Below, piece after piece: positions 52,446-62,390 of a DNA stretch of 64,000 nt (position 1 is the stretch's first letter; every line of letters begins with the position of its first letter). The notes beneath the pieces were generated by a model. It was not told where the DNA came from, ran no database searches, and saw only the letters and a list, made by a program, of their open reading frames with translations. Origin of the DNA: an uncultured Bacteroidales bacterium (GTDB taxonomy: Bacteria; Bacteroidota; Bacteroidia; Bacteroidales; Bacteroidaceae); the NCBI GenBank assembly GCA_902787575.1, contig CADAGX010000013.1, positions 172 to 64,171 of the forward strand. Direction: 5' to 3'. The position numbers were made by a program, and so were the translations under genes.

Positions 52446-53939
52446 ATGAATCAGCAGTATGTTTTAGCCGTAGATCAGGGCACCAGCAGTTCGCGCGCCA
52501 TCATTTTCAACAAGCAGGGAGAGAGCTGCGCCGTGGCACAGAAGGAGTTTACGCAGTACTTCCCCACGTCGGGCTGGGTGGAACACAATCCGAAAGAGAT
52601 TTGGGCTACCGAAGCCACCGTGATCTTCGAAGCGATGGAAAAGTTGGGAATCAATGGCAGCAACATCGCAGCCATTGGCATTACCAACCAACGCGAGACT
52701 ACGATTGTGTGGGATGCCGAGACGGGCGAGCCTGTCTATAATGCCATTGTCTGGCAAGACCGCCGCACGGCGGAGTTTTGCGACCAGCTGAAAGCACAAG
52801 GGCTGACGGAGATGATTCACCATAAGACGGGCCTCATCATCGACGCCTACTTCAGCGCCACGAAAATAAAATGGATTCTCGACAACGTATCTGGTGCCCG
52901 CGAGCGTGCCGAGCAGGGCAAGCTTCGTTTCGGCACTGTGGACTCGTGGCTCGTCTGGCAGCTCACAGGCGGCAAGCTGCACATCACAGATGCCACCAAC
53001 GCATCGCGCACCATGCTCTTCAACATCCACACGCTGCAGTGGGACGAGGAACTGCTGCAAATCTTCGGCATCCCACGCTCCATGATGCCAGACGTGAAAT
53101 CGTGCAGCGAAGTGTATGGCTACGCCGGCCCCACGCTGTTTGGCTGCCAAGTTCCGATAGGTGGCATAGCCGGCGACCAGCAGTCGGCACTCTTCGGCCA
53201 GCTGTGTACGGAGCCGGGCAGCGTGAAGAACACGTACGGCACGGGCTGTTTCCTGCTAATGAACAGCGGCGAGAAACCCATCATGTCGGCCAACAATCTG
53301 CTCACCACCATTGCCCTGCAACGCGATGGCAAAGTGACGTATGCCTTGGAGGGCAGCATCTTTGTGGGCGGCAGCGTGGTGCAATGGTTGCGCGACGGGT
53401 TAGGCATAATCCGTTCGTCGAGCGAGATTGAGGCGTTGGCAGCCAGCGTGCCCGACACCGGCGGCGTGTACTTTGTGCCCGCACTCACGGGAATGGGTGC
53501 TCCCTACTGGGATCAGTATGCACGCGGCAGCATCACGGGCATCAGTCGCGGCACCACAGCGGCGCACATAGCACGTGCTGCGCTGGAAGGTATCGCTTTC
53601 CAGACACTCGACATCGTGCAAGCCATGCAGCGCGACGCGCAGATACCACTGAAGGAACTGAAGGTGGACGGCGGAGCTTCGCGCAACAACCTGATGATGC
53701 AGTTCCAGGCAGACATCCTCGACACTAAAGTCATCCGCCCACGCGACACTGAGACCACGGCGCTGGGCGCTGCCTATCTGGCCGGACTTGCCGTGGGTTA
53801 TTGGGACAGCGTGGAAAGTATCCGCCAGCAATGGACGATTGATTCCACCTTCCTGCCCACCGAAGACCGACAGCGCGTACAGGCCGCCGTACAGGGATGG
53901 CAAGCAGCCATACAGCGGACACTGACGCCAGAGAAGTGA
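52446..53939 (+). CDS. glpK: Glycerol kinase
   Basis: [22 protein letters not shown] and the FGGY-family C-terminus. Confidence 0.95.
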   Translation: MNQQYVLAVDQGTSSSRAIIFNKQGESCAVAQKEFTQYFPTSGWVEHNPKEIWATEATVIFEAMEKLGINGSNIAAIGITNQRETTIVWDAETGEPVYNAIVWQDRRTAEFCDQLKAQGLTEMIHHKTGLIIDAYFSATKIKWILDNVSGARERAEQGKLRFGTVDSWLVWQLTGGKLHITDATNASRTMLFNIHTLQWDEELLQIFGIPRSMMPDVKSCSEVYGYAGPTLFGCQVPIGGIAGDQQSALFGQLCTEPGSVKNTYGTGCFLLMNSGEKPIMSANNLLTTIALQRDGKVTYALEGSIFVGGSVVQWLRDGLGIIRSSSEIEALAASVPDTGGVYFVPALTGMGAPYWDQYARGSITGISRGTTAAHIARAALEGIAFQTLDIVQAMQRDAQIPLKELKVDGGASRNNLMMQFQADILDTKVIRPRDTETTALGAAYLAGLAVGYWDSVESIRQQWTIDSTFLPTEDRQRVQAAVQGWQAAIQRTLTPEK

Positions 53940-53967
53940 CATTTACTAACCTATAACACGAAGAAAG

Positions 53968-54690
53968 ATGATAGAGAAAATGATTTTTGAGTTCCTCGGA
54001 ACCATGATTCTGATTCTGCTGGGCGACGGAGTGTGCGCCAACACATGTCTCGAGAAATCTAAGGCCAAGGGTGCTGGATGGGTTGTTGTTACCTTTGCAT
54101 GGGGTCTGGCTGTGATGTGCGGCGTTTTCGTAGCCGGCCCGTACACCGGAGCACACCTCAACCCGGCTGTCTCTGTAGGTCTTGCCTTGGCTGGCAGCTT
54201 CGACTGGAATTTGGTGCTGCCCTACATCGCCGCACAGATGCTGGGCGGTTTTGCCGGTGGCGTGCTGGTGTGGATGTTCTTCAAGGATCACTACGATGCC
54301 ACACCCGACGGCGACACCAAGCTGGGCACGTTCTGCACCATTCCGGCCATCCGCAACAAAGGCCGCAACCTGCTGAGCGAAATTGTGGGCACGTTTGTGT
54401 TGCTTTTCTGCATTCTTGCCATCGGCAACAAAGCCAACACGCCCGAGCTGGGCTTGGGAAGTCTCGGAGCTTTCCCTGTCGCTTTCCTGATTGTGGCCAT
54501 CGGAATGTCGCTGGGCGGCACGACAGGCTACGCCATCAACCCGGCTCGCGATCTGGCTCCACGTCTGGCCCACTGGCTGATGCCCATCAAAGACAAGCGC
54601 GACAGCGACTGGGGCTACGCTTGGGTGCCGGTGCTCGGTCCCATCATTGGCGCAGCCATTGCCGCCGGCCTTTACATCCTGGTATTCTAA
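53968..54690 (+). CDS. glpF: Aquaglyceroporin (MIP family glycerol facilitator)
   Basis: Two NPA boxes (HLNPAVS, INPARD) and 6 TM helices. Confidence 0.9.
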   Translation: MIEKMIFEFLGTMILILLGDGVCANTCLEKSKAKGAGWVVVTFAWGLAVMCGVFVAGPYTGAHLNPAVSVGLALAGSFDWNLVLPYIAAQMLGGFAGGVLVWMFFKDHYDATPDGDTKLGTFCTIPAIRNKGRNLLSEIVGTFVLLFCILAIGNKANTPELGLGSLGAFPVAFLIVAIGMSLGGTTGYAINPARDLAPRLAHWLMPIKDKRDSDWGYAWVPVLGPIIGAAIAAGLYILVF

Positions 54691-54729
54691 GGCGGGCCAG
54701 TCCGAGAGACAGCTAATATAATAAGGTAT

Positions 54730-55503
54730 ATGGAGAAGAAGTTCACCGGAAAAGTGTTCCTGATTGCAGGCAGCGAGCCACTGGGCAGCGCTGGCGTGCA
54801 AGCCGACATCAAGGCCATTACGAAGTTGGGCGGCTGGGCCGCGGCAGCATTGACGTGCATCGTGGATGAAGACACCTCGCACATCAAGAGCATCACGCCG
54901 CTGTCGCCCTCGCTCATTGCCTCGCAAGCCGAATCGTTTTTGGGAAGCGTGGGTGCCGACTGCATCAAGACGGGCGTGTTGCCCAGCGTGGAAATCATAG
55001 AAGCCGTGGCCGAAGTGCTGGCTCATCACAAGGGCGTGCCTACGCTGGTGGACCCCGTGGTGGTAAACTTTGCAGGCGAGCAGTTGGTCAGCGACGCTGC
55101 CATCGACGCGTACAAGCAGTTGCTTTTCCCGCTCTCGACACTCATTACGCCCAACCGTCGCGAGGCCGAAGTGCTGCTCGGACACGCCATCAGCGATGTG
55201 GAGAGCGACCTGCGCGAATTGTCGCGATGGGGCTGCTCGGTACTTATCAAGTCGGTGGAGCAGGGAAAGTACCTCGTGGATTATCTCTATGAGGTGGCAA
55301 CCGACACGGTGACGCCCTTCCCAAAGAAGCGCCTCGTGCTGACCGACCGAAACGGCACGGGCGACACGCTGGCCTCGGCTATCGCCACGCACCTGGCGCT
55401 TGGCTGCGACCTGCAGACGGCACTGTCGCGAGCCGAGGCTTACATGCACTTCTTCCTCGCCAACCCGCGCTACGTAATCAGTGTCGGCGAGCATGGGAAA
55501 TAA
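54730..55503 (+). CDS. thiD: Hydroxymethylpyrimidine/phosphomethylpyrimidine kinase-like (ribokinase superfamily)
   Basis: AGSEPLGSAGVQADIK, VDPV and GTGDTLASAI motifs. Confidence 0.7.
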   Translation: MEKKFTGKVFLIAGSEPLGSAGVQADIKAITKLGGWAAAALTCIVDEDTSHIKSITPLSPSLIASQAESFLGSVGADCIKTGVLPSVEIIEAVAEVLAHHKGVPTLVDPVVVNFAGEQLVSDAAIDAYKQLLFPLSTLITPNRREAEVLLGHAISDVESDLRELSRWGCSVLIKSVEQGKYLVDYLYEVATDTVTPFPKKRLVLTDRNGTGDTLASAIATHLALGCDLQTALSRAEAYMHFFLANPRYVISVGEHGK

Positions 55504-55567
55504 CTACACGTAGTTTTACGGAAAGCCACGTGTAGTTTCAGCCGAAGCGACGCGTCGCATTTTTCAA
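55501..55567. repeat. Array G of the repeat family (3 units)
   Basis: Cores sit at 55508, 55528 and 55550 (ACGCGT). The array fills the gap between the thiD stop and the ptp ATG. Confidence 0.7.
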
Positions 55568-55572
55568 AACGC

Positions 55573-56046
55573 ATGAAGAAAAAAATCCTTTTTGTCTGTC
55601 TCGGCAACATTTGCCGCAGCCCAATGGCCGAAACTATCATGCAGGCAATGGCAAAAGAGGCTGGCCGCGAGGCCGAATTCGAACTCGATTCGGCAGGTCT
55701 CATCGCCTATCACGAGGGCGAAGAGGCCGACCCACGCATGAGACAACATGCCGCACGACACGGATACCGAATCACACACCTCTCGCGGCCCATCAGAGAA
55801 AGCGACTTCAGGTATTTCGACCTCATCCTCGGCATGGATGACAGCAACATCGACCGCCTGAAGCGGCTGGCACCCGACTTGGAAACAGAAGCAAAAGTGC
55901 AACGCATGACGGACTACTGCTGCCAAAGGATGGAGGACCACGTGCCCGACCCATATTACGGCGGTGCGAGCGGTTTCGAACATGTCATCAGTTTGCTCGA
56001 AGACGCGTGCCGCGGACTTTTAGAAAACCTTAAGGCCGATGATTAG
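55573..56046 (+). CDS. Low-molecular-weight protein-tyrosine phosphatase
   Basis: CLGNICRSPMAE (C-X5-R-S) P-loop and a DPYYG Asp loop. Confidence 0.9.
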   Translation: MKKKILFVCLGNICRSPMAETIMQAMAKEAGREAEFELDSAGLIAYHEGEEADPRMRQHAARHGYRITHLSRPIRESDFRYFDLILGMDDSNIDRLKRLAPDLETEAKVQRMTDYCCQRMEDHVPDPYYGGASGFEHVISLLEDACRGLLENLKADD

Positions 56047-56608
56047 CGAACGTCACCCGTTGGAACCGTTCATTCCGGAGAATGCACGCGTGCTCTTCTT
56101 GGGTAGCTTTCCCCCACCCAAGAAGCGATGGTGCATGGAGTTCTTCTACCCAAACTGGCTGAACGACCACTGGAGAATAGAGGGACTGGTGTTCTATGCC
56201 GACCGCGACCATTTTGCAGACACCGCACGCAAAGTGTTTCTCAAAGAGAAGATTGTGGAGCACTGCACACGGCTTGGCATCGCCTTCTACGACACAGCCA
56301 CGGAGGTAAGGCGCATCAAAGAGAATGCCTCAGACAAGTTTCTCGAAGTCGTGCAACCGACAGACATTGAAGCACTCATCAGCCGGATTCCCACGCTGCG
56401 TGCCATCGTCACCACGGGCGAGAAGGCCACTGAGACGTTGTGCGAGACGCTCCGCATTGCCACCATACCTAAAGTAAACACATGCGTATCCATTCCGTCG
56501 CATCCCAAACTCGACCTCTACCGCCTGCCCTCCAGCAGCCGCGCGTATCCGCTCTCGTTAGAGAAGAAAGCCGAGGCATACGACGCGATGTTTTCTCGCT
56601 ACCTATAA
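56039..56608 (+). CDS. Uracil-DNA glycosylase superfamily protein (hypoxanthine/deoxyinosine glycosylase-like)
   Basis: Has a LFLGSFPP-type motif and a C-terminal LPSSS. The size is ~190 aa. Confidence 0.65.
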   Translation: MISERHPLEPFIPENARVLFLGSFPPPKKRWCMEFFYPNWLNDHWRIEGLVFYADRDHFADTARKVFLKEKIVEHCTRLGIAFYDTATEVRRIKENASDKFLEVVQPTDIEALISRIPTLRAIVTTGEKATETLCETLRIATIPKVNTCVSIPSHPKLDLYRLPSSSRAYPLSLEKKAEAYDAMFSRYL

Positions 56609-56620
56609 AAGTACCACACC

Positions 56621-57307
56621 ATGCACATTCATGTTTCGCCCGAGATACACGAGGCTTGTCCACACTTTGTGGGCGCGGCCGTGCTGGCAGAGTTCAGAAA
56701 CTCCGTCCGCTCCGAAACGCTTTGGCAGGAGATAGACCGCTTTCTGACCAGCTACCGCCAACGTTTCACCACCGAAAGCATCAAAGAAATGCCCGCCATT
56801 CAAGCCACGAGGCAAACCTACAAGCAGTTGGGGAAAGACCCCAGCCGTTATCGTCCGTCCGGCGAATCGCTCGTCCGCCGCGCACTGCAAGGAAAAGAAC
56901 TCTATCAGATAGACACAGCTGTCGACCTCATCAACCTGGCCAGCATCGCGTACGGCTACAGCATCGGCGGCTTCGATGCCGACAAGATTGCAGGTGACAC
57001 GCTCACACTCGGAGTAGGCTGCGAGGGTGAACCATACGAGGGAATCGGGCGCGGACAACTGAACATAAGCGGTCTGCCCGTCTATCGCGATGCTACGGGA
57101 GGCATCGGCACACCAACCAGCGACCACGAACGCACAAAACTGGAGTTGCAATCCCATCGTCTGTTGGCCATCGTGAACGGATACGACGGCAACCGAGAAC
57201 AGGTAATAGCCTGTGCCAACTACATTCAGCAACTGCTAATCCAGTACGCCCAAAGCGACGGAGGAAGAGTTGCGACATTCTCTTTCGACGAAGAAGGCCT
57301 TTTGTGA
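56621..57307 (+). CDS. B3/B4 tRNA-binding domain protein (PheT-related)
   Basis: Y..LGKDPSRYRPS.E.L.RR and N.VVD..N..S.......G..D pattern. Confidence 0.7.
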   Translation: MHIHVSPEIHEACPHFVGAAVLAEFRNSVRSETLWQEIDRFLTSYRQRFTTESIKEMPAIQATRQTYKQLGKDPSRYRPSGESLVRRALQGKELYQIDTAVDLINLASIAYGYSIGGFDADKIAGDTLTLGVGCEGEPYEGIGRGQLNISGLPVYRDATGGIGTPTSDHERTKLELQSHRLLAIVNGYDGNREQVIACANYIQQLLIQYAQSDGGRVATFSFDEEGLL

Positions 57308-57347
57308 TTTTTTCTTCGTACCTTTGCAGCCGAGAAAACAAACGCCA

Positions 57348-59210
57348 ATGATTGTATGCATCGCCGAAAAACCGTCCGTAGCACGTGACATCGCCCACGT
57401 CTTGGGCGCAGACCGCAGCATGGAAGGCTACATGGAAGGCAATGGCTACCAAGTAACCTGGACTTTCGGCCACCTGTGCGAGCTAAAGGAGCCGCACGAC
57501 TACACGCCTATCTGGAAGCAATGGAGCTTGGGACAGCTGCCAATGATTCCACCACGCTTCGGAATTAAGCTGAAAGCGGACAAAGGCATCGAAAAACAAT
57601 TCGGCATCATCGAAAAGCTGATGAGTCAGGCCGACGAGATCATTAACTGCGGCGATGCCGGACAAGAGGGAGAACTGATTCAGCGTTGGGTAATGCAGAA
57701 AGCACAGGTTACTTGCCCCGTCAAGCGGCTTTGGATTAGCAGCCTTACGGAAGACGCCATTCGCGAAGGCTTCCAGACGCTCAAAGACCAAAGCGAATAC
57801 CAAAGCCTCTACGAAGCAGGGCTGATGCGCGCCATCGGAGACTGGCTGTTGGGAATGAACGCGACACGCCTTTACACGCAGAAATATGCCTACGGCCGCC
57901 GCCAGGTGCTCAGCATCGGGCGAGTGCAAACGCCCACGCTGGCACTCATCGTACGCCGCCAGCAGGAAATCGAGAACTTCGCGCCCGTGCCGTACTGGGT
58001 GCTGACAACACAGTATCGGCAAGTCACGTTTTCGGCAATCATGGAAGAAGGCGACCGCGGCTTCAAGTCGCGCGAAGAAGGCGAGCGGGCGTTGGAAAGC
58101 ATACGGCAGCAGCCTTTCACTGTCACCGACGTTCAAAAGAAAAAAGGCACCGAGGCACCGCCCCGACTCTTCGACCTGACAAGTCTGCAAGTGGAGTGCA
58201 ACAAACGTTACGGCTTCAGCGCCGAAACCACTTTGCAGCTGATACAAAGTCTCTACGAAAAGAAGTTAACCACTTATCCACGCGTCGATACCACGTTTCT
58301 CTCGGAGGATATTTATCCCAAGTGCCCGCAGATAATGAACGGACTGCGTGCATATTTCCCACTAATGGAACGCATCAAAGGGAAGCCACTGCCTAAGACA
58401 AAGAAGGTATTCGACAACAAAAAAGTCACGGATCACCACGCAATCATCCCAACGGGCCAAGAAGCCAAGAATATGACAGAGATGGAAGCGAAGGTTTACG
58501 ATATGGTAGCCCGACGTTTCATAGGCGTTTTCCATCCCGACTGCGTGTTTAATACCACAACCGTGCTGGGGCAAGTGGCAGAAATAGGCTTCAAAGCCAC
58601 CAGCAAGGAGATTGTAGATCCGGGCTGGAAGGTTGTAGAACAAGCGCCTACGCCCGACACTTCAGGCAGCGACAGCCCGGAGAATACAGACGACACGCCG
58701 CAGATTTCCAGCAAAGACGTCACTTTCACCAAGGGTGAGAGTGGGCCGCACACACCCGACCTTGCCGAAAAACAAACCACGCCACCAAAACCATACACCG
58801 AAGCTACGTTGCTGCGCGCAATGGAGACGGCAGGAAAGACAGTGGACGACGACGAGTTGCGCGACGCGCTGAAGGAGAACGGAATCGGGCGTCCAAGCAC
58901 CCGTGCCGCCATTATCGAGACACTTTTCCGCCGCCACTACATCGCAAAGAAAGGCAAATCGCTCTACGCCACACCTACGGGAGTAGAACTTATCGGCCTC
59001 ATCCGTGAGGAATTGCTTATGAGCGCCGAACTTACCGGCCGCTGGGAGAAGAAGTTGCGACAGATAGAACGGCACGAATACGAGGCTCGCACCTTTCTGG
59101 AGGAACTCAAGCAGATGGTCACGGACATCGTGCTGACCGTGCTGCGTGACAACACACCTCGACAGATTACCGTCACCGCCGAGAATCCGAAACGCGGCAA
59201 AAGACAATAA
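57348..59210 (+). CDS. topB: DNA topoisomerase III (type IA)
   Basis: Toprim start M.V.IAEKPS.A..IA, WTFGHL, DAGQEGELI, and active-site region LTTYPRVDT. Confidence 0.9.
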   Translation: MIVCIAEKPSVARDIAHVLGADRSMEGYMEGNGYQVTWTFGHLCELKEPHDYTPIWKQWSLGQLPMIPPRFGIKLKADKGIEKQFGIIEKLMSQADEIINCGDAGQEGELIQRWVMQKAQVTCPVKRLWISSLTEDAIREGFQTLKDQSEYQSLYEAGLMRAIGDWLLGMNATRLYTQKYAYGRRQVLSIGRVQTPTLALIVRRQQEIENFAPVPYWVLTTQYRQVTFSAIMEEGDRGFKSREEGERALESIRQQPFTVTDVQKKKGTEAPPRLFDLTSLQVECNKRYGFSAETTLQLIQSLYEKKLTTYPRVDTTFLSEDIYPKCPQIMNGLRAYFPLMERIKGKPLPKTKKVFDNKKVTDHHAIIPTGQEAKNMTEMEAKVYDMVARRFIGVFHPDCVFNTTTVLGQVAEIGFKATSKEIVDPGWKVVEQAPTPDTSGSDSPENTDDTPQISSKDVTFTKGESGPHTPDLAEKQTTPPKPYTEATLLRAMETAGKTVDDDELRDALKENGIGRPSTRAAIIETLFRRHYIAKKGKSLYATPTGVELIGLIREELLMSAELTGRWEKKLRQIERHEYEARTFLEELKQMVTDIVLTVLRDNTPRQITVTAENPKRGKRQ

Positions 59211-59240
59211 AAAGCGACGTAAGCCGTTATTATTAATGTA

Positions 59241-61355
59241 ATGGCACGCTCAAAGCACATCATATCACTGCATACATTGCGTACATTGCATTCCTACCAC
59301 ACACTGGCAGGAATGCTTTTTGCGCTCGTTTTCTGCGCATGCGGCGCCGAGAAGAATATGAAGAAGGGCGACGCCTTCTACGCCATCGGCGAGTATTTCG
59401 ACGCGGCGGCCGAATACAAGAAAGCTTACTCGCGCACGCCCACCAAAGACAAGGAGAAGCGTGCCGAAAGAGCATGGAAGATGGCCGAATGCTACCGCCC
59501 GATAAACTACAGTGCCAAGGCCGCCGGTGCATACCAGAACGCTATCCGCTACAAATACCACGACTCGCTGGCAATTTTCTACCTTGCACAAATGCAACAG
59601 CGACAGGGCGATTATAAAAATGCCACGAAGAACTACGATGCATTCTTACAGCTCGCACCCAAACATACGTTGGCACAGAACGGCAAAAAGGGCTGCGAGT
59701 TAGCTCCGCAGTGGAAGGCAAAGCCAACACTTTACACGGTCAAGAAAGAACCAATCCTCAACAGCCGCCGCTCAGACTTCTCGCCAGTTCTTTACGGCGA
59801 CGAGTGGGACCAACTTTATATCACCAGCACACGTCCGCAATCTTCGGGCAACGAAGTGAGCGGCATCACGGGAACCAAGAATGGCGACATCTTTGTTTCC
59901 AAGAAAGACGACAAAGGAAAATGGGGACAGCCCGAGAGTATCGAATCGGAACTCAACACAGACTACGACGAGGGGGCCTGTGCGTTCAGTCCCGACGGCA
60001 AGACGATGTATTTCACACGCTGCACGTTCGATGCCGACTATCCGCGCTTTGCAGAAATATTCTCATCCTCACGTTCCGACGCTTCGTGGGGCAGCGGCCA
60101 AGCTGTAACGCTTACGAAAGACACGCTATCCAGCTACGCACATCCCGCAGTTTCGCCCGACGGACGTTGGCTTTACTTCGTCAGTGACATGCCAGGCGGA
60201 CTTGGCGGCACTGATATCTGGCGTATCGCACTCAGCGAACACGGCTTGGGCGGTGTGGAGAATCTGGGCGAGCCTATCAACAGCGAAGGCAACGAGATGT
60301 TTCCAACTTTCCGACCCAACGGCGACCTCTATTTCTCGTCCGACGGCCACGCGGGCATGGGCGGATTAGATCTCTTCTGCGCTCAGTCTGATTCAGCGGG
60401 CCACTGGAGCATCGAAAACTTGCGTTATCCCATGAATTCCAGCGGCGACGACTTCGGTATGACCTTCGAGGGCCTGCATAATCGCGGCTTCTTCTGCACC
60501 AATCGCGGCGACGCCCGAGGCTGGGACCATATCATGTCCTTCGAATGTCCCGAGATTCTGCTCACTGTCAAAGGTTGGCTTTACGAAAAGGACGGCTACG
60601 AACTGCCAGAAGGACTGGTCTATATGGTGGGAAACGACGGCACTTACCTCAAACTCAGCATGCGAAGCGACGGTTCTTTCACGCAGGAAATAAAACCTAA
60701 TGTGGACTACGTATTCCTTGGCACGTGCAAGGGTTACCTCAACCACAAGGAAGAACTTCGGATCGACACGAGTTCTGTCAGCCGCGAATACGTACTACAG
60801 TTTCCTCTCGCCAGCATAAATAATCCCGTTCTCATACGAAATGTTTTTTATGAGTTCGACAGCGCTGCACTTACGGAGTCCAGTACGCAAGCTTTGGACA
60901 GCCTGGTAGATTTGTTAAATGAGAACCCAAACGTCACTATCGAACTTGCCAGCCATTGTGACTACCGCGGTCGCGACGAATACAATATGCGGCTGAGCCA
61001 GCGCCGCGCCGAGAGTGTGGTGAACTACCTTATCGAGCACGGAATTGACTCGGTGCGGCTCACGCCCATCGGGTACGGAGAAAGCCGCCCAAAGATTGTG
61101 ACGCGCAAGATTGCCGAGCAACAACCATTCTTACACGAAGGAGACACACTCACCGAAGCCTTCATCCTCGCCATCGAAGACGAGGAGAAGCAGGAGGTGT
61201 GCAATGCCCTGAACCGCCGCACTGAGTTTAAGGTCCTCCGCACGACGTACGGACTCTTCGACGTGCCTCAGAAGAAGGACGAGAAGGCGGCGAAGAAAGA
61301 AGAAGAGGGAAGCACAGAAGACACCGCACCCGAAGAATCCACCGACGGAATTTGA
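59241..61355 (+). CDS. OmpA-family protein with TPR, beta-propeller (TolB-like) and OmpA_C domains
   Basis: N-terminal TPR-like segment, repeated FSPDG/VSPDG propeller motifs, and C-terminal NR..L.F...SA.L...........L.......I.L..H.D..G...YN..LS..RA..V. An alternative start at 59313 gives the lipobox FCACG. Confidence 0.8.
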   Translation: MARSKHIISLHTLRTLHSYHTLAGMLFALVFCACGAEKNMKKGDAFYAIGEYFDAAAEYKKAYSRTPTKDKEKRAERAWKMAECYRPINYSAKAAGAYQNAIRYKYHDSLAIFYLAQMQQRQGDYKNATKNYDAFLQLAPKHTLAQNGKKGCELAPQWKAKPTLYTVKKEPILNSRRSDFSPVLYGDEWDQLYITSTRPQSSGNEVSGITGTKNGDIFVSKKDDKGKWGQPESIESELNTDYDEGACAFSPDGKTMYFTRCTFDADYPRFAEIFSSSRSDASWGSGQAVTLTKDTLSSYAHPAVSPDGRWLYFVSDMPGGLGGTDIWRIALSEHGLGGVENLGEPINSEGNEMFPTFRPNGDLYFSSDGHAGMGGLDLFCAQSDSAGHWSIENLRYPMNSSGDDFGMTFEGLHNRGFFCTNRGDARGWDHIMSFECPEILLTVKGWLYEKDGYELPEGLVYMVGNDGTYLKLSMRSDGSFTQEIKPNVDYVFLGTCKGYLNHKEELRIDTSSVSREYVLQFPLASINNPVLIRNVFYEFDSAALTESSTQALDSLVDLLNENPNVTIELASHCDYRGRDEYNMRLSQRRAESVVNYLIEHGIDSVRLTPIGYGESRPKIVTRKIAEQQPFLHEGDTLTEAFILAIEDEEKQEVCNALNRRTEFKVLRTTYGLFDVPQKKDEKAAKKEEEGSTEDTAPEESTDGI

Positions 61356-61410
61356 TATACGAATTCCGTCGCGCTACAATCAAAAAGACGCTCGACTCTT
61401 CAGCCTTTTT

Positions 61411-62163
61411 TCATACGATATCACGTTCAGCGAGCGAGGTAAATTTCTGACGGAAGTGACGCAACGCTGGAATGTCGATGTCAGCAGTCAGCGACGATGC
61501 CACTCCATCGGGGCATTCCTTCGCCTCCCCATACGGATTCACGAAAGCACTGCCGCCAAAGTATTCGCAGGCCGGGTCTTCCCCCACACGGTTTACGCCC
61601 AAGACATAGCACTGATTTTCGATGGCACGGGCACGAAGTAGTATGCGCCATGCGTCGGCACGTGCCGTGGGCCACGACGCCACACAAATCAACGCGTCGT
61701 AATCCTCGTGACAGCGCAACCAAAGAGGGAAGCGCAAGTCGTAACAGACAGATAAGAGAAAGCGTACGCCACGCCACTCGGCCACCACGCGCTTGTCGCC
61801 GGCCAGGAACTGACGGTCTTCGCCGCTATAGGAGAAAAGGTGATGCTTGTCGTAGAAGAACGTTGCGTCGGGCGTGACAAAATAGAGGCGATTGCGATAG
61901 TTGTCGCCTTCGCACACTGCCATGCTGCCCGCCACAGCTGCATCCAGTCGGCGTGCCATCTGTTGCATCCAACGCAGGGTTTCTCCGTCGGGCGCCTCGG
62001 CTATTTCCTGCGGCTTCAATGCGAAACCAGTGTTCCACATCTCAGGCAGCACATAGAGGTCGCTTCCGGCCGATGCAAGCATCTGTTGCTCGGCACGCTG
62101 GCGGTTGGACGCCACATCGCACCACGCGATATCCATCTGAACAAGTGTTACCTTCATCTTCAT
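61411..62163 (-). CDS. Carbon-nitrogen hydrolase family amidohydrolase (omega-amidase YafV-like)
   Basis: LPEMWNTGF (catalytic Glu) and SVCYDLRFP (catalytic Cys). The start is chosen at ATG 62163. Confidence 0.8.
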   Translation of the reverse strand: MKMKVTLVQMDIAWCDVASNRQRAEQQMLASAGSDLYVLPEMWNTGFALKPQEIAEAPDGETLRWMQQMARRLDAAVAGSMAVCEGDNYRNRLYFVTPDATFFYDKHHLFSYSGEDRQFLAGDKRVVAEWRGVRFLLSVCYDLRFPLWLRCHEDYDALICVASWPTARADAWRILLRARAIENQCYVLGVNRVGEDPACEYFGGSAFVNPYGEAKECPDGVASSLTADIDIPALRHFRQKFTSLAERDIV

Positions 62164-62170
62164 TGCGTGG

Positions 62171-62178
62171 CAAAGGTA
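62171..62178 (-). promoter_or_regulatory. -7 box (TACCTTTG on minus strand)
   Basis: Lies only 7 nt upstream of ATG 62163, implying a near-leaderless mRNA. Confidence 0.35.
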
Positions 62179-62202
62179 CAAAGATTATTTCAGAATCTGA
62201 AG

Positions 62203-62240
62203 AAACGACACGTGCTTTTCTGTTTCCCACACGCTGCAGG
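62203..62240. repeat. Array H of the repeat family (2 degenerate units)
   Basis: AACGACACGTGCTTTTC and TTTCCCACACGCTGC, with cores ~21 bp apart. Confidence 0.5.
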
Positions 62241-62244
62241 AAGT

Positions 62245-62285
62245 TGGACAAAAAGTCCATTTTTGTCGTGACAAAGTGTCCATTT
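62245..62285 (+). promoter_or_regulatory. Candidate enhancer (UAS) dyads upstream of the sigma-54 promoter
   Basis: TGGAC-N5-GTCCA (62245-62259), TTTGTC-GT-GACAAA (62262-62275), and a direct repeat GTCCATTT at 62255 and 62278. Confidence 0.35.
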
Positions 62286-62292
62286 CCAGCTC

Positions 62293-62308
62293 TGGCACGC
62301 AGTTTGCA
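62293..62308 (+). promoter_or_regulatory. Sigma-54 (RpoN) -24/-12 promoter
   Basis: TGGCACGCAGTTTGCA compared with the consensus TGGCACG-N4-TTGCW. The GG and GC are 10 nt apart, and the element lies ~83 nt upstream of the hsp20 ATG. Confidence 0.6.
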
Positions 62309-62376
62309 GAATATGGGGTGAACGCCAGAACGAAAGCGAAGGCCGAAAACGAATGTTTAACCTTTAAAAAATAATT

Positions 62377-62383
62377 AGGAGGT
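62377..62383 (+). promoter_or_regulatory. Strong Shine-Dalgarno sequence (AGGAGGT)
   Basis: Lies 7 nt before ATG 62391. No other gene in this window has a comparable SD. Confidence 0.6.
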
Positions 62384-62390
62384 AGTGATT

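Noticed and set aside
54691-54729. A TPP riboswitch upstream of the thiD-like gene.
   Set aside because: The gap is only 39 nt, which is far too short for a THI-box.
62385-62390. A GTG start for hsp20 two codons upstream of the ATG.
   Set aside because: The AGGAGGT site is optimally spaced (7 nt) for ATG 62391 and would be too close to the GTG.
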